From assembly GCA_016937995.1 (NCBI GenBank), contig JAFGVM010000089.1, positions 1-54,749 of the forward strand: a stretch of DNA of 54,749 nucleotides. Direction: 5' to 3'. Numbering within the stretch: position 1 is the stretch's first letter; each line of letters begins with the position of its first letter. This DNA comes from Candidatus Delongbacteria bacterium. Lineage in GTDB: Bacteria; UBA4055. Below are positions 41,401 through 50,296 of the stretch, piece after piece. Under the pieces are notes generated by a model, which was given only the letters and a program-made list of their open reading frames with translations, had not been told where the DNA came from and did not search any database. Made by a program: the position numbers and the translations under genes.

Positions 41401-44400
41401 AGGCTTCTTCAAAGGAACAGTGCATTTGCCCAGTTCATTGATGATGAATATGGAAAGAGTGCTGATATACTTCACGATCTACTGGCTGAATACAACAAAG
41501 ATGATCTAAGTTCAGAGAGCGAGGGTAATTACATAATTCTGACTTTACTTGGATTAGATATACCTGTATGGCAGCTGAACATAAGTCTGGGTTCAATGTA
41601 TCCTGAAGGGTTCAACAGTGACTCAGAGATCGCATTTCTATACTCACTTCAAGCTTCAAATTATTTCAAACTAAAAGATTTTTTCACTGTGGAAGAATTT
41701 TTGAATAAAAAGCTGGCATACTTCGAAGGTAAGAATAACAGACTTGCAGTCAGTCTTGTTCAAAACAGACTTGGAATGCTTTATTACTACAAAGGTGATT
41801 ACAGCAAAAGTATTTCACACTTTAAAAATTCCAATGAGATCTGTATTGATCTAGAACTTTACAATGTGATCATAACAAACAAGAACAATATTTTAAAAGC
41901 ATTAGCCAGGATCAAAAAAATTGATAGCAGGCTGATAGAAAAGTATAATATAGCGATATCAGATACTTCAACAAACTCCTTTCCTAAAGGAATTATTGAG
42001 AAATATCCCAAAGCTGTTAATCAAAACATCAAAGGTGTGCTAAAATACCGTATATCCAGATACTTAAGTAATTCTATTTCTCCTGCAGATCAGTATAAAA
42101 GCCTGACGTACCTTTTAAGCAGTGAAGAATATTTCTCGAGCGGGATAGCCATGCTCAAAGAGAAAAAGAAATTAAATAAGGATGAAAAAGTCTTACTATC
42201 CTCAATGCTATATAACAGAGCTGTGATAAATATTGAAACGGATGATAGAGTTTCGGCTAAACAATATATGGATGAAGGTATTAAACTTGCGGAAGAATCA
42301 GGAGACAGGCTTATTCTTTGGAGATTTTACATGAAATCCGGGGATCTCTCTGATAATGATCCGATAGAATTTTATTTGAAAGCTGAAAGAACATTGTCAG
42401 AATATCTTCCATCTACAGATGACTATGAGATGATCACAAGCTGGCAGGATGATATAAGACCGCTATATGACAGAATAATAAAGTATTATATATCGAAGAA
42501 ACAAATATCCCAGGCATTGAACTACTCTGAAAGATATAAGAAAAAAATGATGCTTGATTACTACTCAAGCAGATATCTCAGTTATAAAGAACAATTGCAT
42601 AAGATCCACATAACAAAGATCCGGTATAACACTACCGAGATCATAAGATATAATTCAGAAATTGACAGGCTGAAAAATAAAGATTCAGAGAAATATGCTG
42701 AAAAGATAAGTGATTATGAAGGGAAAGCAGACAGATATACCAAAGAATTAAAAGACATCTATAGCCAAATAAAGAACGATAATGATAACAGATTACTTCA
42801 ATTTGTTTCGATAGATGATATCGCTTTTGATGATATTGATGAAATACTGGATGAGGATAATGTTATAATATCTTTCTATTCCTTTGAAGATCAAACCTGT
42901 ATTTTCCTCAGAAATGATCTGTCAACAAGTTGTAAAATAGTAAAAAAGGATAATGAACTTTTAAATTCACTCAAGGATTATTTTAACGGGAATCCTGATA
43001 AGGATATCTATCTAAAAATATATGATCATTACATCAGACCTTTCGAGAAAGAGATAAGCGGGAAAGATCATGTGTATATCGTTCCCGATTTTGATGAAAC
43101 TGTAATGTTGCCTTTTGTTACTTCTGTGAACATGACCAATAAAGAAATTGAACCATCTTTCTCAAAATTACCTACAATTTCGTCACTTGGAATGATAGAT
43201 GAAAATAAAAATATCAACTACTCTGAGTTAAAGAATATATCAGAGATAAAAGAAATTTCCGAGGTTAAGAATTTATTTGAGAACGGTGGATTTATATATT
43301 TGGACAAATATTTAAACATAGGAAGCAAGAATTCTCTGGAAAATTATTTTAATGTCGGGAAAGATAATTTAAAGGTCAGTGAATTTCTAAAATATAAGAT
43401 CCCTGCATACGGGGTTTTGTTAAAAGGATTCGATAAATTTCCGGAACCAAGTGATTATTTCATGCTTGTGAACTCACTGATCTATTCTGGTGCTCAATCA
43501 ATAATACTGCCAATGGCAAAAACTTCAGGTAATGGAATAGACAGTCTGGTTATTAATTCTTTTAAAAAATTAGACGAGTATGATCTTGATGAAGTATTGG
43601 CTTCATGTAAAAGTGCAGGTTCCTGCGGAGATCTTGAAATATTCGGTTCAATTGGAATGAATGCAAGAGAGCAGACGAATTTTGCAAGTGATAATCTTCA
43701 AAATTTAGTGGTAAACGGGATCAGGAATTACAAAAGTACTGTCTATGAAAAAGCATCATCCTACTTTGCACAAGCTTTGTTGATGGCAAGAAAGATCAAA
43801 GACAAGAAGCAGGAATTAAATATTTTGGGCACTATAATTTCATCCTACTCAAACTTTAATGATTTTAAGAACGCAATAAAGTACGGAAAAGAACTTTTAG
43901 TTTTTGCGGAGCAAAATAATTTGGAAGAACAGATCATTAAAGCTTATGACAGTATTTCAAAGGATTATTTCAGGTCAGCAGATTATGACAGCAGTGCATC
44001 TTATCAGAATAAAATCCTTGATTACATTTCAGAGAATGATATTAAGCAGAAACTGAAAAGTTATAATATGCTTTCTTCAATATATGCAAGGAAAGGACAT
44101 TTTGAAAAAAGTATAAGCTATCAAAAAAAGTATCTTGAGACAGGTAGACTTATATCATCGGGTGAATTGGATTCATTAAGCAGTTCTCTCAACGTAAGAA
44201 GTTCTGAAGTTCTTTTCAATTCACTAAAATCGATATTGGTAAATTATTATAAGGCTGAAAAAATAGACTCAGCTTTAAGTGTCTACAATATTGTTAAGTC
44301 CAATTCAGAAATATTCAAGAGTATCCCTGGATCTTCTATGGCAGACCTGTTTGAATCGGTAGGGTTGTGTTATTTTAAGAAATCGTTCTATGGAAATGCT

Positions 44401-46500
44401 GAAGAATTCTATAAAAAATCACTTTCAATGGTCGAAAGTAACTCAGAAAAAGCTTCACTTTATCAAAATCTGGCTGACCTTTATTATAAATCAGATAAAC
44501 TTTCTCTCTCATTGAAAATGCTGTCAAATGCTGACATGCTTTTAAGTGACAGTGACAATGCGGGAAAGATGAAAATAAACAATACAAGAAGTCTAATTGA
44601 AGTAAAACTGGGCAATATACCATCAGCTTTAACATATTCTTATAATTCTCTTGAAAGGTCTATTGAGTCCAAGAATAAATTCGAGGAAAGTATTGCAAGG
44701 GTTAATCTTGCTAAGATACTTATTATGGCGAATGAGATCGATAAAGCCGAGATCAATCTGAAATTAAGTTCTCAGCTTGCAACTGAGACCAATAACAAGA
44801 GTGCGTTAATATCTTCTGAATTTTACAAGGGGATGATTCTTTCAGAGCATAAATTGAAATTTGATGAAGCATTAAATAAATTTGAGAATTCTTTGAAATT
44901 GTCTCAGGAGGGTTCTGATAAGTTCTTTGAAGCAAGATCCTTGTATCAGATCGGAATGATATACTATGATAAACAAAACACTGAAAACAGCTACTATTAT
45001 CTGGATCAATGTTCTCAATTAGCAGAGAAGTACGATATTAATGATATCTATTACATGTCTGAACGTAATATTGCTGAATTAAAATTCAAGAACGGTTCAC
45101 TGGACTTACAAAGATTGAATAAGGTTATTTCAAAGATCGAAGATGATATTTTATTCAGGTCGGAAAGTCCTCTTAATGTTTCTTTAATGATGATCGTGGA
45201 AAGGATCTATGATATTGCTGTTGCGGAGCTTTTTAAAAGAGGAGATATAAGTTCAGCTTTAACTATGATCCAAGAGAAAGATCATATAAGTGCACAAAAT
45301 GACATTAATTATTTCAGCTATGAAAGACATAATACTGTATTTAAGATCAAAGACAATATCAGAAAGCTTTACTCAGAAAAAATATCACTTAGATTGCAGG
45401 ATAAACCATATTCTCAAGTTGAAGGTCTGATATCAGCTGAGAAGCAAAAATATGAGAGTAGTGTAAAAAATACGGTCTACGATTATAAGAATAATATTTA
45501 TATGCTCAGTCAGTTGCAGAAAGGGTTGGGCAACGAAGATGTTATTCTCGTTTTTGCACCTTTCGATGAAGATTTAAATATCATTGTCATTTCAAACAAA
45601 ATCTCTACGGTTCAAAAAGGGAAATTAAAAGATACTTATACGGAGAATATTTTAGACCGGATCGAGAACAGATCTGATCTAAAGGAACAGGCAAAGTTGG
45701 CTTATAATGATATTTTTTCAGCACCGGTATTAAATATGATACAGGATAAAAAGGATTTATTTATTTACTCATCAGGCTCGTTAAAGAATTTCCCGTTCGA
45801 TCTGTTGTTCGACGGGCAAAAGCATCTCATAGAAAAATATAATATTTCAGAGATAAATACGATTTCGCCGGTCAAAGTCGAAGATTTCCAGTTTGCCAAA
45901 AGCATATCATTCGTGAATCCTTTCTCATCTGCTAGTGAACTGGTTTATGCAGATAGAGAGTACGAATCATTACAATGGGAAAATAAGAGTTCAAATTCAC
46001 TTATACAGAAAAATGCCACAGAGATCAATCTATACAACACTTTTAAAGATGATTATTCTTTGTACCACTTTCCAAATCATACCTATTCTCTGAGCAAAGA
46101 CTCAATGAACGTTTCAGGTATGACAAGTTATATCCAGCTTTCCGCCGACAGTAAAAATGACGGTAAATATTCATGGAACGAAATATTGAATAAATCTTAT
46201 ACTGATAAAGATATTATTCTGTCAGGATGTGACAGTGGTGGTAAAATGGGATTTGACCATTCTGCTTATTTTGATATTGCAGGAGCTTTTGAGATCTCTG
46301 GAGCAAAGAGTGTCGTTTCTAGCAGATGGAAGACAGATGATCTTGGTGCTGCTGTTCTGATGAAAAGGTATTTCAGGTATCTCGGTAATGGTTCCAGCAG
46401 GATCGAGGCTTTGAGTAACGCTAAGAGAGATGTGATCAAGTATTTTAATGATTATCCGTACTACTGGGCAGGTTTTAAACTGTCGGGACGTGTGTTTTAA
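38494..46500 (+). CDS. giant exported PD40/TolB-like propeller + TPR + pseudo-CHAT + TPR + CHAT protein (2668 aa)
   Basis: Signal peptide; PD40-like repeats ('ISEDGQSILFSS', 'FSSDGKQAVFVS', 'FISDRSGNDDVW'); TPRs; C-terminal CHAT motifs NFPFDLL, HFPNH, ILSGCDSG, SGAKSVVSSRWKTDD, PYYWAGF. Confidence 0.85.
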   Translation: MWYRMSLKRIFILFLIFVIVLNAEDLADRIKQYNAKQITMTTAQEMNIVISEDGQSILFSSNMNGNYDIFRKDLISEETTQITEAPGNEYPQFIYDDDLYFISDATDIYGNIYLRDLKGKNEEIIYLNKGEEKNPVINEKAIIFSKKTDKYRFYSFDIKKKKVQLIKGAEGRRIVFSSDGKQAVFVSNKDESGYNILYKCSYEKGLFKDVEQISFGAMIINGVDISTDGSTVVYSAIKSDTDNNGVMNINDNSVLYKISFNGNGTVQFQLTPENYSSKAPKISSSDNIYFISDRSGNDDVWMCNIDGVIPKEENYMSQRSVADFLFQEFNAKKVLNEGSSINLKEENELLDKSLLSYNRILSLFSADKDKLLEVYYKMAEIYEIQKQFEKAESIYRLIQSRYIDDKKVSEKANFFKKLTELKRKGIRTDSYGFELEEHINNLKEMTVNCEDEILVQSIYISIGKIYFDLGQYSTANNYFISARGKGNSESYYWQAKTALVSGNSKSAGSFLEKAIESTSSNDLKEKYIREYFTSGEDLEGRTKKIRSVLSNKDLPSEIRSYGNLILGDMLDNIELKLEYYNVVKQFYVDDPENILKKKFSAAADLKLARLYTDNRMNTEAEGVYKYSIDNYSGIDYDFYTINAVKDLSNLYLNQADEYLKAGKNENALLIYYKAFDLDRENIVTLRGMADSYNSLGKIDEIIRFFTVEYEKDVNSSFMNYALGYAYSLKAISSKEYLSPLINLSINLIERSLELESNNKYAYLTLSYDYEALFHLRNIQEDEIKKQNILLKGVNYIVGPVKFLLSTINLLEDDNVDYLDKTINTLNKGLAISNIISDRDLYLKMTLNLANNYYNLGEFGRKNALEKYQVILDNDFKFTSLQQKAIIYEKIGHCHFTLGNDEAEEYYEKAIGLYRSLNDRESEIRVSMRNALYYLSMKDKEGDFIGGSDASEKYNDIVVKLKSEGKDDIVRLLQRNSAFAQFIDDEYGKSADILHDLLAEYNKDDLSSESEGNYIILTLLGLDIPVWQLNISLGSMYPEGFNSDSEIAFLYSLQASNYFKLKDFFTVEEFLNKKLAYFEGKNNRLAVSLVQNRLGMLYYYKGDYSKSISHFKNSNEICIDLELYNVIITNKNNILKALARIKKIDSRLIEKYNIAISDTSTNSFPKGIIEKYPKAVNQNIKGVLKYRISRYLSNSISPADQYKSLTYLLSSEEYFSSGIAMLKEKKKLNKDEKVLLSSMLYNRAVINIETDDRVSAKQYMDEGIKLAEESGDRLILWRFYMKSGDLSDNDPIEFYLKAERTLSEYLPSTDDYEMITSWQDDIRPLYDRIIKYYISKKQISQALNYSERYKKKMMLDYYSSRYLSYKEQLHKIHITKIRYNTTEIIRYNSEIDRLKNKDSEKYAEKISDYEGKADRYTKELKDIYSQIKNDNDNRLLQFVSIDDIAFDDIDEILDEDNVIISFYSFEDQTCIFLRNDLSTSCKIVKKDNELLNSLKDYFNGNPDKDIYLKIYDHYIRPFEKEISGKDHVYIVPDFDETVMLPFVTSVNMTNKEIEPSFSKLPTISSLGMIDENKNINYSELKNISEIKEISEVKNLFENGGFIYLDKYLNIGSKNSLENYFNVGKDNLKVSEFLKYKIPAYGVLLKGFDKFPEPSDYFMLVNSLIYSGAQSIILPMAKTSGNGIDSLVINSFKKLDEYDLDEVLASCKSAGSCGDLEIFGSIGMNAREQTNFASDNLQNLVVNGIRNYKSTVYEKASSYFAQALLMARKIKDKKQELNILGTIISSYSNFNDFKNAIKYGKELLVFAEQNNLEEQIIKAYDSISKDYFRSADYDSSASYQNKILDYISENDIKQKLKSYNMLSSIYARKGHFEKSISYQKKYLETGRLISSGELDSLSSSLNVRSSEVLFNSLKSILVNYYKAEKIDSALSVYNIVKSNSEIFKSIPGSSMADLFESVGLCYFKKSFYGNAEEFYKKSLSMVESNSEKASLYQNLADLYYKSDKLSLSLKMLSNADMLLSDSDNAGKMKINNTRSLIEVKLGNIPSALTYSYNSLERSIESKNKFEESIARVNLAKILIMANEIDKAEINLKLSSQLATETNNKSALISSEFYKGMILSEHKLKFDEALNKFENSLKLSQEGSDKFFEARSLYQIGMIYYDKQNTENSYYYLDQCSQLAEKYDINDIYYMSERNIAELKFKNGSLDLQRLNKVISKIEDDILFRSESPLNVSLMMIVERIYDIAVAELFKRGDISSALTMIQEKDHISAQNDINYFSYERHNTVFKIKDNIRKLYSEKISLRLQDKPYSQVEGLISAEKQKYESSVKNTVYDYKNNIYMLSQLQKGLGNEDVILVFAPFDEDLNIIVISNKISTVQKGKLKDTYTENILDRIENRSDLKEQAKLAYNDIFSAPVLNMIQDKKDLFIYSSGSLKNFPFDLLFDGQKHLIEKYNISEINTISPVKVEDFQFAKSISFVNPFSSASELVYADREYESLQWENKSSNSLIQKNATEINLYNTFKDDYSLYHFPNHTYSLSKDSMNVSGMTSYIQLSADSKNDGKYSWNEILNKSYTDKDIILSGCDSGGKMGFDHSAYFDIAGAFEISGAKSVVSSRWKTDDLGAAVLMKRYFRYLGNGSSRIEALSNAKRDVIKYFNDYPYYWAGFKLSGRVF

Positions 46501-46503
46501 TAT

Positions 46504-46626
46504 GTCATTGCGAACATCTAAGGTGTGTGGTAATCTGAAACGCATTACATAATTCGTCATTCTCGGACTTCTTCCGGGAATACAGGTGTATTATAAAACC
46601 GTCATCCTGAATTTATTTTAGGATCT
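46504..46626 (+). repeat. cluster of three GTCAT-headed palindromic repeats
   Basis: 46504-46536, 46556-46586 and 46601-46626, each GTCAT...(A/G)AT(C/A). Confidence 0.65.
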
Positions 46627-46799
46627 TTTTTTTTGTATTTTCTGTTACTTTCCTTGATGAAAGTAACCAAAATCAAAAGATATAAAAGACAAAAATCAAG
46701 ATATATGACCGATATATTTGGAAAACATATTTTTATAACTTATATTATTTTCTTAAATCTGACGGGTTAGTCAGTTACTTTCGGGGGAGAGTAAGTTTA

Positions 46800-48791
46800 A
46801 TGAAGATAAGTCAAAAATTATCACTTGGTTTTTTTATAGCTGTTCTTTCAATATGGATCGCAATATATATTTCATTTGGATCACTAAGGAATGTTCATAA
46901 CGAGTATTTGAATATTCATAATGATATAATTCCGGGTACTTTAGCAATGTCAGAGATGGATGTTTCAACTCATGAAGCAGCCCACATGCTCACAGACTAT
47001 ATTAACTCCCGGGATAAAAATTATTTGGAACAGGTAAAAGCTACAGTTGAGTATATAAAAAAACAAGGCTATGAACATCAACAACATGAAATGCATTTGG
47101 GAGCTAAAGAAGAACTGGCTGCTAAGAAGCTTATCCTGAATATCAATAGATTTACAGAAGCAATAGAAAATGTTCTTGAATTGGTAGAAAGTAAAAAAGC
47201 AACTGATCAGATATTAAAACACGAGGTAGAGTTGATCCATCCCGTTTTGGATGAACTGAGTAAACAGCTTAAACATCATAAATCTATTCATTTAGCGGAA
47301 TTAAATGCAGCTCAGAAAATTCTTCATGAAGTTCATTCATCTGGAGAGAAATTTCTTATCTATGCAGGTATTATTATTTCTTTATTGTCGATCATAATTT
47401 CATATCTGATATCCAGATCTATTGTGAAACCTATCTCAAAGCTAAGATATGGAGTCGAAAGGATCGGAAACGGAGATCTCGACTTTCAAGTAGGAACAAA
47501 TTCAAAAGACGAAATAGGTGAACTTTCTAGAGCATTTGATGACATGACAATAGAGCTAAAGGCTTCAACAACTTCCATAGATAAACTTAATAAGGAAATA
47601 ATAGAAAGAGAACATGCGGAAAAAGCTCTCAGGGAAAATGAGGAAAAGCTTGCCCGTGCAAGGAAGATGGAATCCCTGGGTTTACTTGCAGGAGGAGTTG
47701 CACATGATCTTAACAATGTTCTCTCCGGTGTGGTCAGTTATCCTGAGTTATTGTTAATGAAACTTCCAAAAGACCATGAAATGAGAAAGCATTTGGAACT
47801 TATTCATAAAAGTGGCCTTAACGCAAGTGCAATAGTAAATGATCTTATAACGATTGGACGGGGTATTGCGATCGCAAAAGTTCCTTTAAATCTGAATAAT
47901 GTTATTGAAAATTATTTAGATTCTTCTGAGTTTAAAAGGATAAAACAACTTCATTCGATGGTTTCAGTGAATACAAGTTTGAACGAGGACCTGATGAATA
48001 TAAATGGTTCCGAAATTCACTTGAGAAAAGTCGTTATGAATTTACTGCTTAATGCTATTGAATCCATTGAAGGAGACGGAAAAGTATTTATCAGCACTAT
48101 GAACTGTTATCTGGATAAACCATTAAGAGCATATGATAATATAAACATCGGAGAATATGTTATACTTACAGTTGCTGACAACGGACCGGGAATACCAGCT
48201 GTTGACCTTGACAGGATTTTCGAACCGTTCTATACCAAGAAGTTAATGGGAAGAAGCGGTACCGGACTTGGTCTTTCAATTGTCTGGAATGTTGTTCAGG
48301 ACCTGAAAGGTTATATTGATATTCAAAGTACTTCAGGTGGTACTTCTTTCGACTTATATTTCCCTGTTTGCAGGAAAGATATAATTGAAGGTGATAAGAT
48401 TTTTAATATTGATGATTACAAGGGTAATGGGGAGTCAATTCTGATTATCGATGATATGGAAAATCAGAGAGAAATCACATCACATATTTTAGAAGCTTTT
48501 GATTATAAAGTGCATTCAGTACCAAGTGGTGAAGATGCTATTGAATATTTAAAAGAGAATTCGGTCGATCTGTTGATACTTGATATGATCATGGAGAAGG
48601 GCATGAACGGTAGAGAGACTTACGAGGAGATAATTAAGATCCATCCTGTGCAGAAAGCTGTTATCGTTAGCGGATATGCCGAGACCGAAGAGGTTAAGAA
48701 AGCACAGGATCTGGGTGCTGGTCGATTTGTTAAGAAGCCGTTGTCGTTGGAGAATATCGGGCAGGCGGTAAAAGAAGAACTTGCGAAGTAA
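46800..48791 (+). CDS. hybrid sensor histidine kinase/response regulator (periplasmic sensor, HAMP, HisKA, HATPase, REC)
   Basis: Two TMs, HAMP 'DEIGELSRAFDDM', 'GVAHDLNN', N/G1/F/G2 boxes, REC 'ILIIDD...LLILDMIM...KP'. Confidence 0.95.
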   Translation: MKISQKLSLGFFIAVLSIWIAIYISFGSLRNVHNEYLNIHNDIIPGTLAMSEMDVSTHEAAHMLTDYINSRDKNYLEQVKATVEYIKKQGYEHQQHEMHLGAKEELAAKKLILNINRFTEAIENVLELVESKKATDQILKHEVELIHPVLDELSKQLKHHKSIHLAELNAAQKILHEVHSSGEKFLIYAGIIISLLSIIISYLISRSIVKPISKLRYGVERIGNGDLDFQVGTNSKDEIGELSRAFDDMTIELKASTTSIDKLNKEIIEREHAEKALRENEEKLARARKMESLGLLAGGVAHDLNNVLSGVVSYPELLLMKLPKDHEMRKHLELIHKSGLNASAIVNDLITIGRGIAIAKVPLNLNNVIENYLDSSEFKRIKQLHSMVSVNTSLNEDLMNINGSEIHLRKVVMNLLLNAIESIEGDGKVFISTMNCYLDKPLRAYDNINIGEYVILTVADNGPGIPAVDLDRIFEPFYTKKLMGRSGTGLGLSIVWNVVQDLKGYIDIQSTSGGTSFDLYFPVCRKDIIEGDKIFNIDDYKGNGESILIIDDMENQREITSHILEAFDYKVHSVPSGEDAIEYLKENSVDLLILDMIMEKGMNGRETYEEIIKIHPVQKAVIVSGYAETEEVKKAQDLGAGRFVKKPLSLENIGQAVKEELAK

Positions 48792-48810
48792 TTTATGATG
48801 TAATGATACT

Positions 48811-48843
48811 GTAGGGGACGATTTCTTATCGTCCCTTTTTTTT
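48811..48843 (+). repeat. GTAG-REP doubling as terminator
   Basis: GTAG-GGGACGAT-TTCTT-ATCGTCCC followed by a T-run. Confidence 0.7.
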
Positions 48844-48989
48844 ATGTTGTTTATAGCATTATCGCAGTAACCTTTTTTAGATCTTGCATTAGAAATGCAA
48901 GAATCTAAAAAATTTGGATCGTCATTTTGACGGGGAGAATAAATTGGAATGATCCTTGGCAGTCTGGGAAGGAAAGTCGAAAGATTCGA

Positions 48990-49035
48990 ACTAATCACTT
49001 CCCACTCATCAATAATCACTAATCACTTATCACTT
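48990..49035. repeat. heptamer tandem array
   Basis: ACTAATC ACTTCCC ACTCATC AATAATC ACTAATC ACTTATC ACT. Confidence 0.7.
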
Positions 49036-49037
49036 TT

Positions 49038-49991
49038 TTATACCCATCCGATGAACCAGTAAACAACCGGCAAGGTCACAGCGCTTAATAGCGTTGTTAA
49101 GAAAACATTTTTCGCTGCGAGTTCTGGATCTGATTTGAACTCAGTCGCAATAATAACGATCATAGCCATACACGGCATAGCTGATTGGAGTACGACAACA
49201 GATTTTGCAGTAATATCCATCTCAAACCCAAATAAATATTCAGCGAATTTTATTACATATAGCAAAATAAAAGGTGCTATTATCATTTTGTTGATACTTA
49301 GAACATAGATCTGTAATTCTTTGATCGTTCCTTTGATACTTATCCTGCTCAGCATCATTCCGATATATATCATTGAAAGGTAAAGAGTTGTTCCACCGAG
49401 ACCACTTAAGGTTTTATCCAGTATATAAGGTAGTTTAAATTTTACTAGAAAAGCGAGAATTCCCAGAGAAAAAGCAATAGTATTAGGATTGATAAGATGC
49501 TTTAGACTTTCGGTCAATTTGATCTTTTTATTCTTGTTAAATAACATTACACCAACCGTCCAAAGCATTGAGCTTAACACAATATGATATACAACTGCAA
49601 ATAAAAGACCTTTTCCTCCAGGGAAGAGAGAATCTAATAGTGGATATCCGAGAAAAGCAATATTGCCGAAAGTTGTATGTATCCTGTGAATAGTATAAGC
49701 ATGCGATTCCAGTTTCATGATCTTTGCAGAGATCGTTGCCACAAAGAGTAAAAGGAACATAGAGACATATGCGAATATCAAAACGAACAATGAACTTTCA
49801 AGTACTTCCATCGAAAAATCGAATTTTGATAATGAAGTAAATATCATCAAAGGGAGGGTGATCTTAATCACGAGCTTATTCAACCCCAGAGAAAAACCTT
49901 CAGGGAAGAATTTGAATTTCGCTGTGATGTATCCGATAAGGGCAAGAAGACCTAATATTGTAATTTGATTTATAATGATCTGGTTTTGCAT
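49038..49991 (-). CDS. AEC (auxin efflux carrier) family transporter
   Basis: 'KITLPLMIF', 'FGNIAFLGYPLL', 'LINPNTIA', 'LSMIYIG', 'QSAMPC', 'TTLLSAVTLP'. Confidence 0.9.
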   Translation of the reverse strand: MQNQIIINQITILGLLALIGYITAKFKFFPEGFSLGLNKLVIKITLPLMIFTSLSKFDFSMEVLESSLFVLIFAYVSMFLLLFVATISAKIMKLESHAYTIHRIHTTFGNIAFLGYPLLDSLFPGGKGLLFAVVYHIVLSSMLWTVGVMLFNKNKKIKLTESLKHLINPNTIAFSLGILAFLVKFKLPYILDKTLSGLGGTTLYLSMIYIGMMLSRISIKGTIKELQIYVLSINKMIIAPFILLYVIKFAEYLFGFEMDITAKSVVVLQSAMPCMAMIVIIATEFKSDPELAAKNVFLTTLLSAVTLPVVYWFIGWV

Positions 49992-50296
49992 TGTATTCTC
50001 TAAGTTATTTTGAAATAATATAAGTAATAAAACCTTAAAAGATTAATTATTTTTATACTTTCTTTTGCTTGTACGAAAAGAAAGTATCAAAGAAAATACA
50101 GCCGAATGTAAATTTTGGGACTTACGGTATTTTTCACTTTAAAATCTAATTCCCACAATACTAGAAGTAGTTTTTACACAACAGTAAATAAGCACTTTCG
50201 TCGGGTAACCAAAATTTCATTATGGCAAGGTAAGTCAAAAGATAGAACATGATTTTTCATCTTGGAATTACAGTATGAAATTCATAATTTTACAAT

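Noticed and set aside
38494-46500. Craspase / type III-E CRISPR-associated protease system
   Set aside because: No Cas7-11, Csx30/31, array or other defence genes nearby, and the protein has a signal peptide.
48549-49019. 156-aa minus-strand ORF
   Set aside because: Antisense to the kinase REC domain and runs through repeats and a terminator; no recognisable motif.
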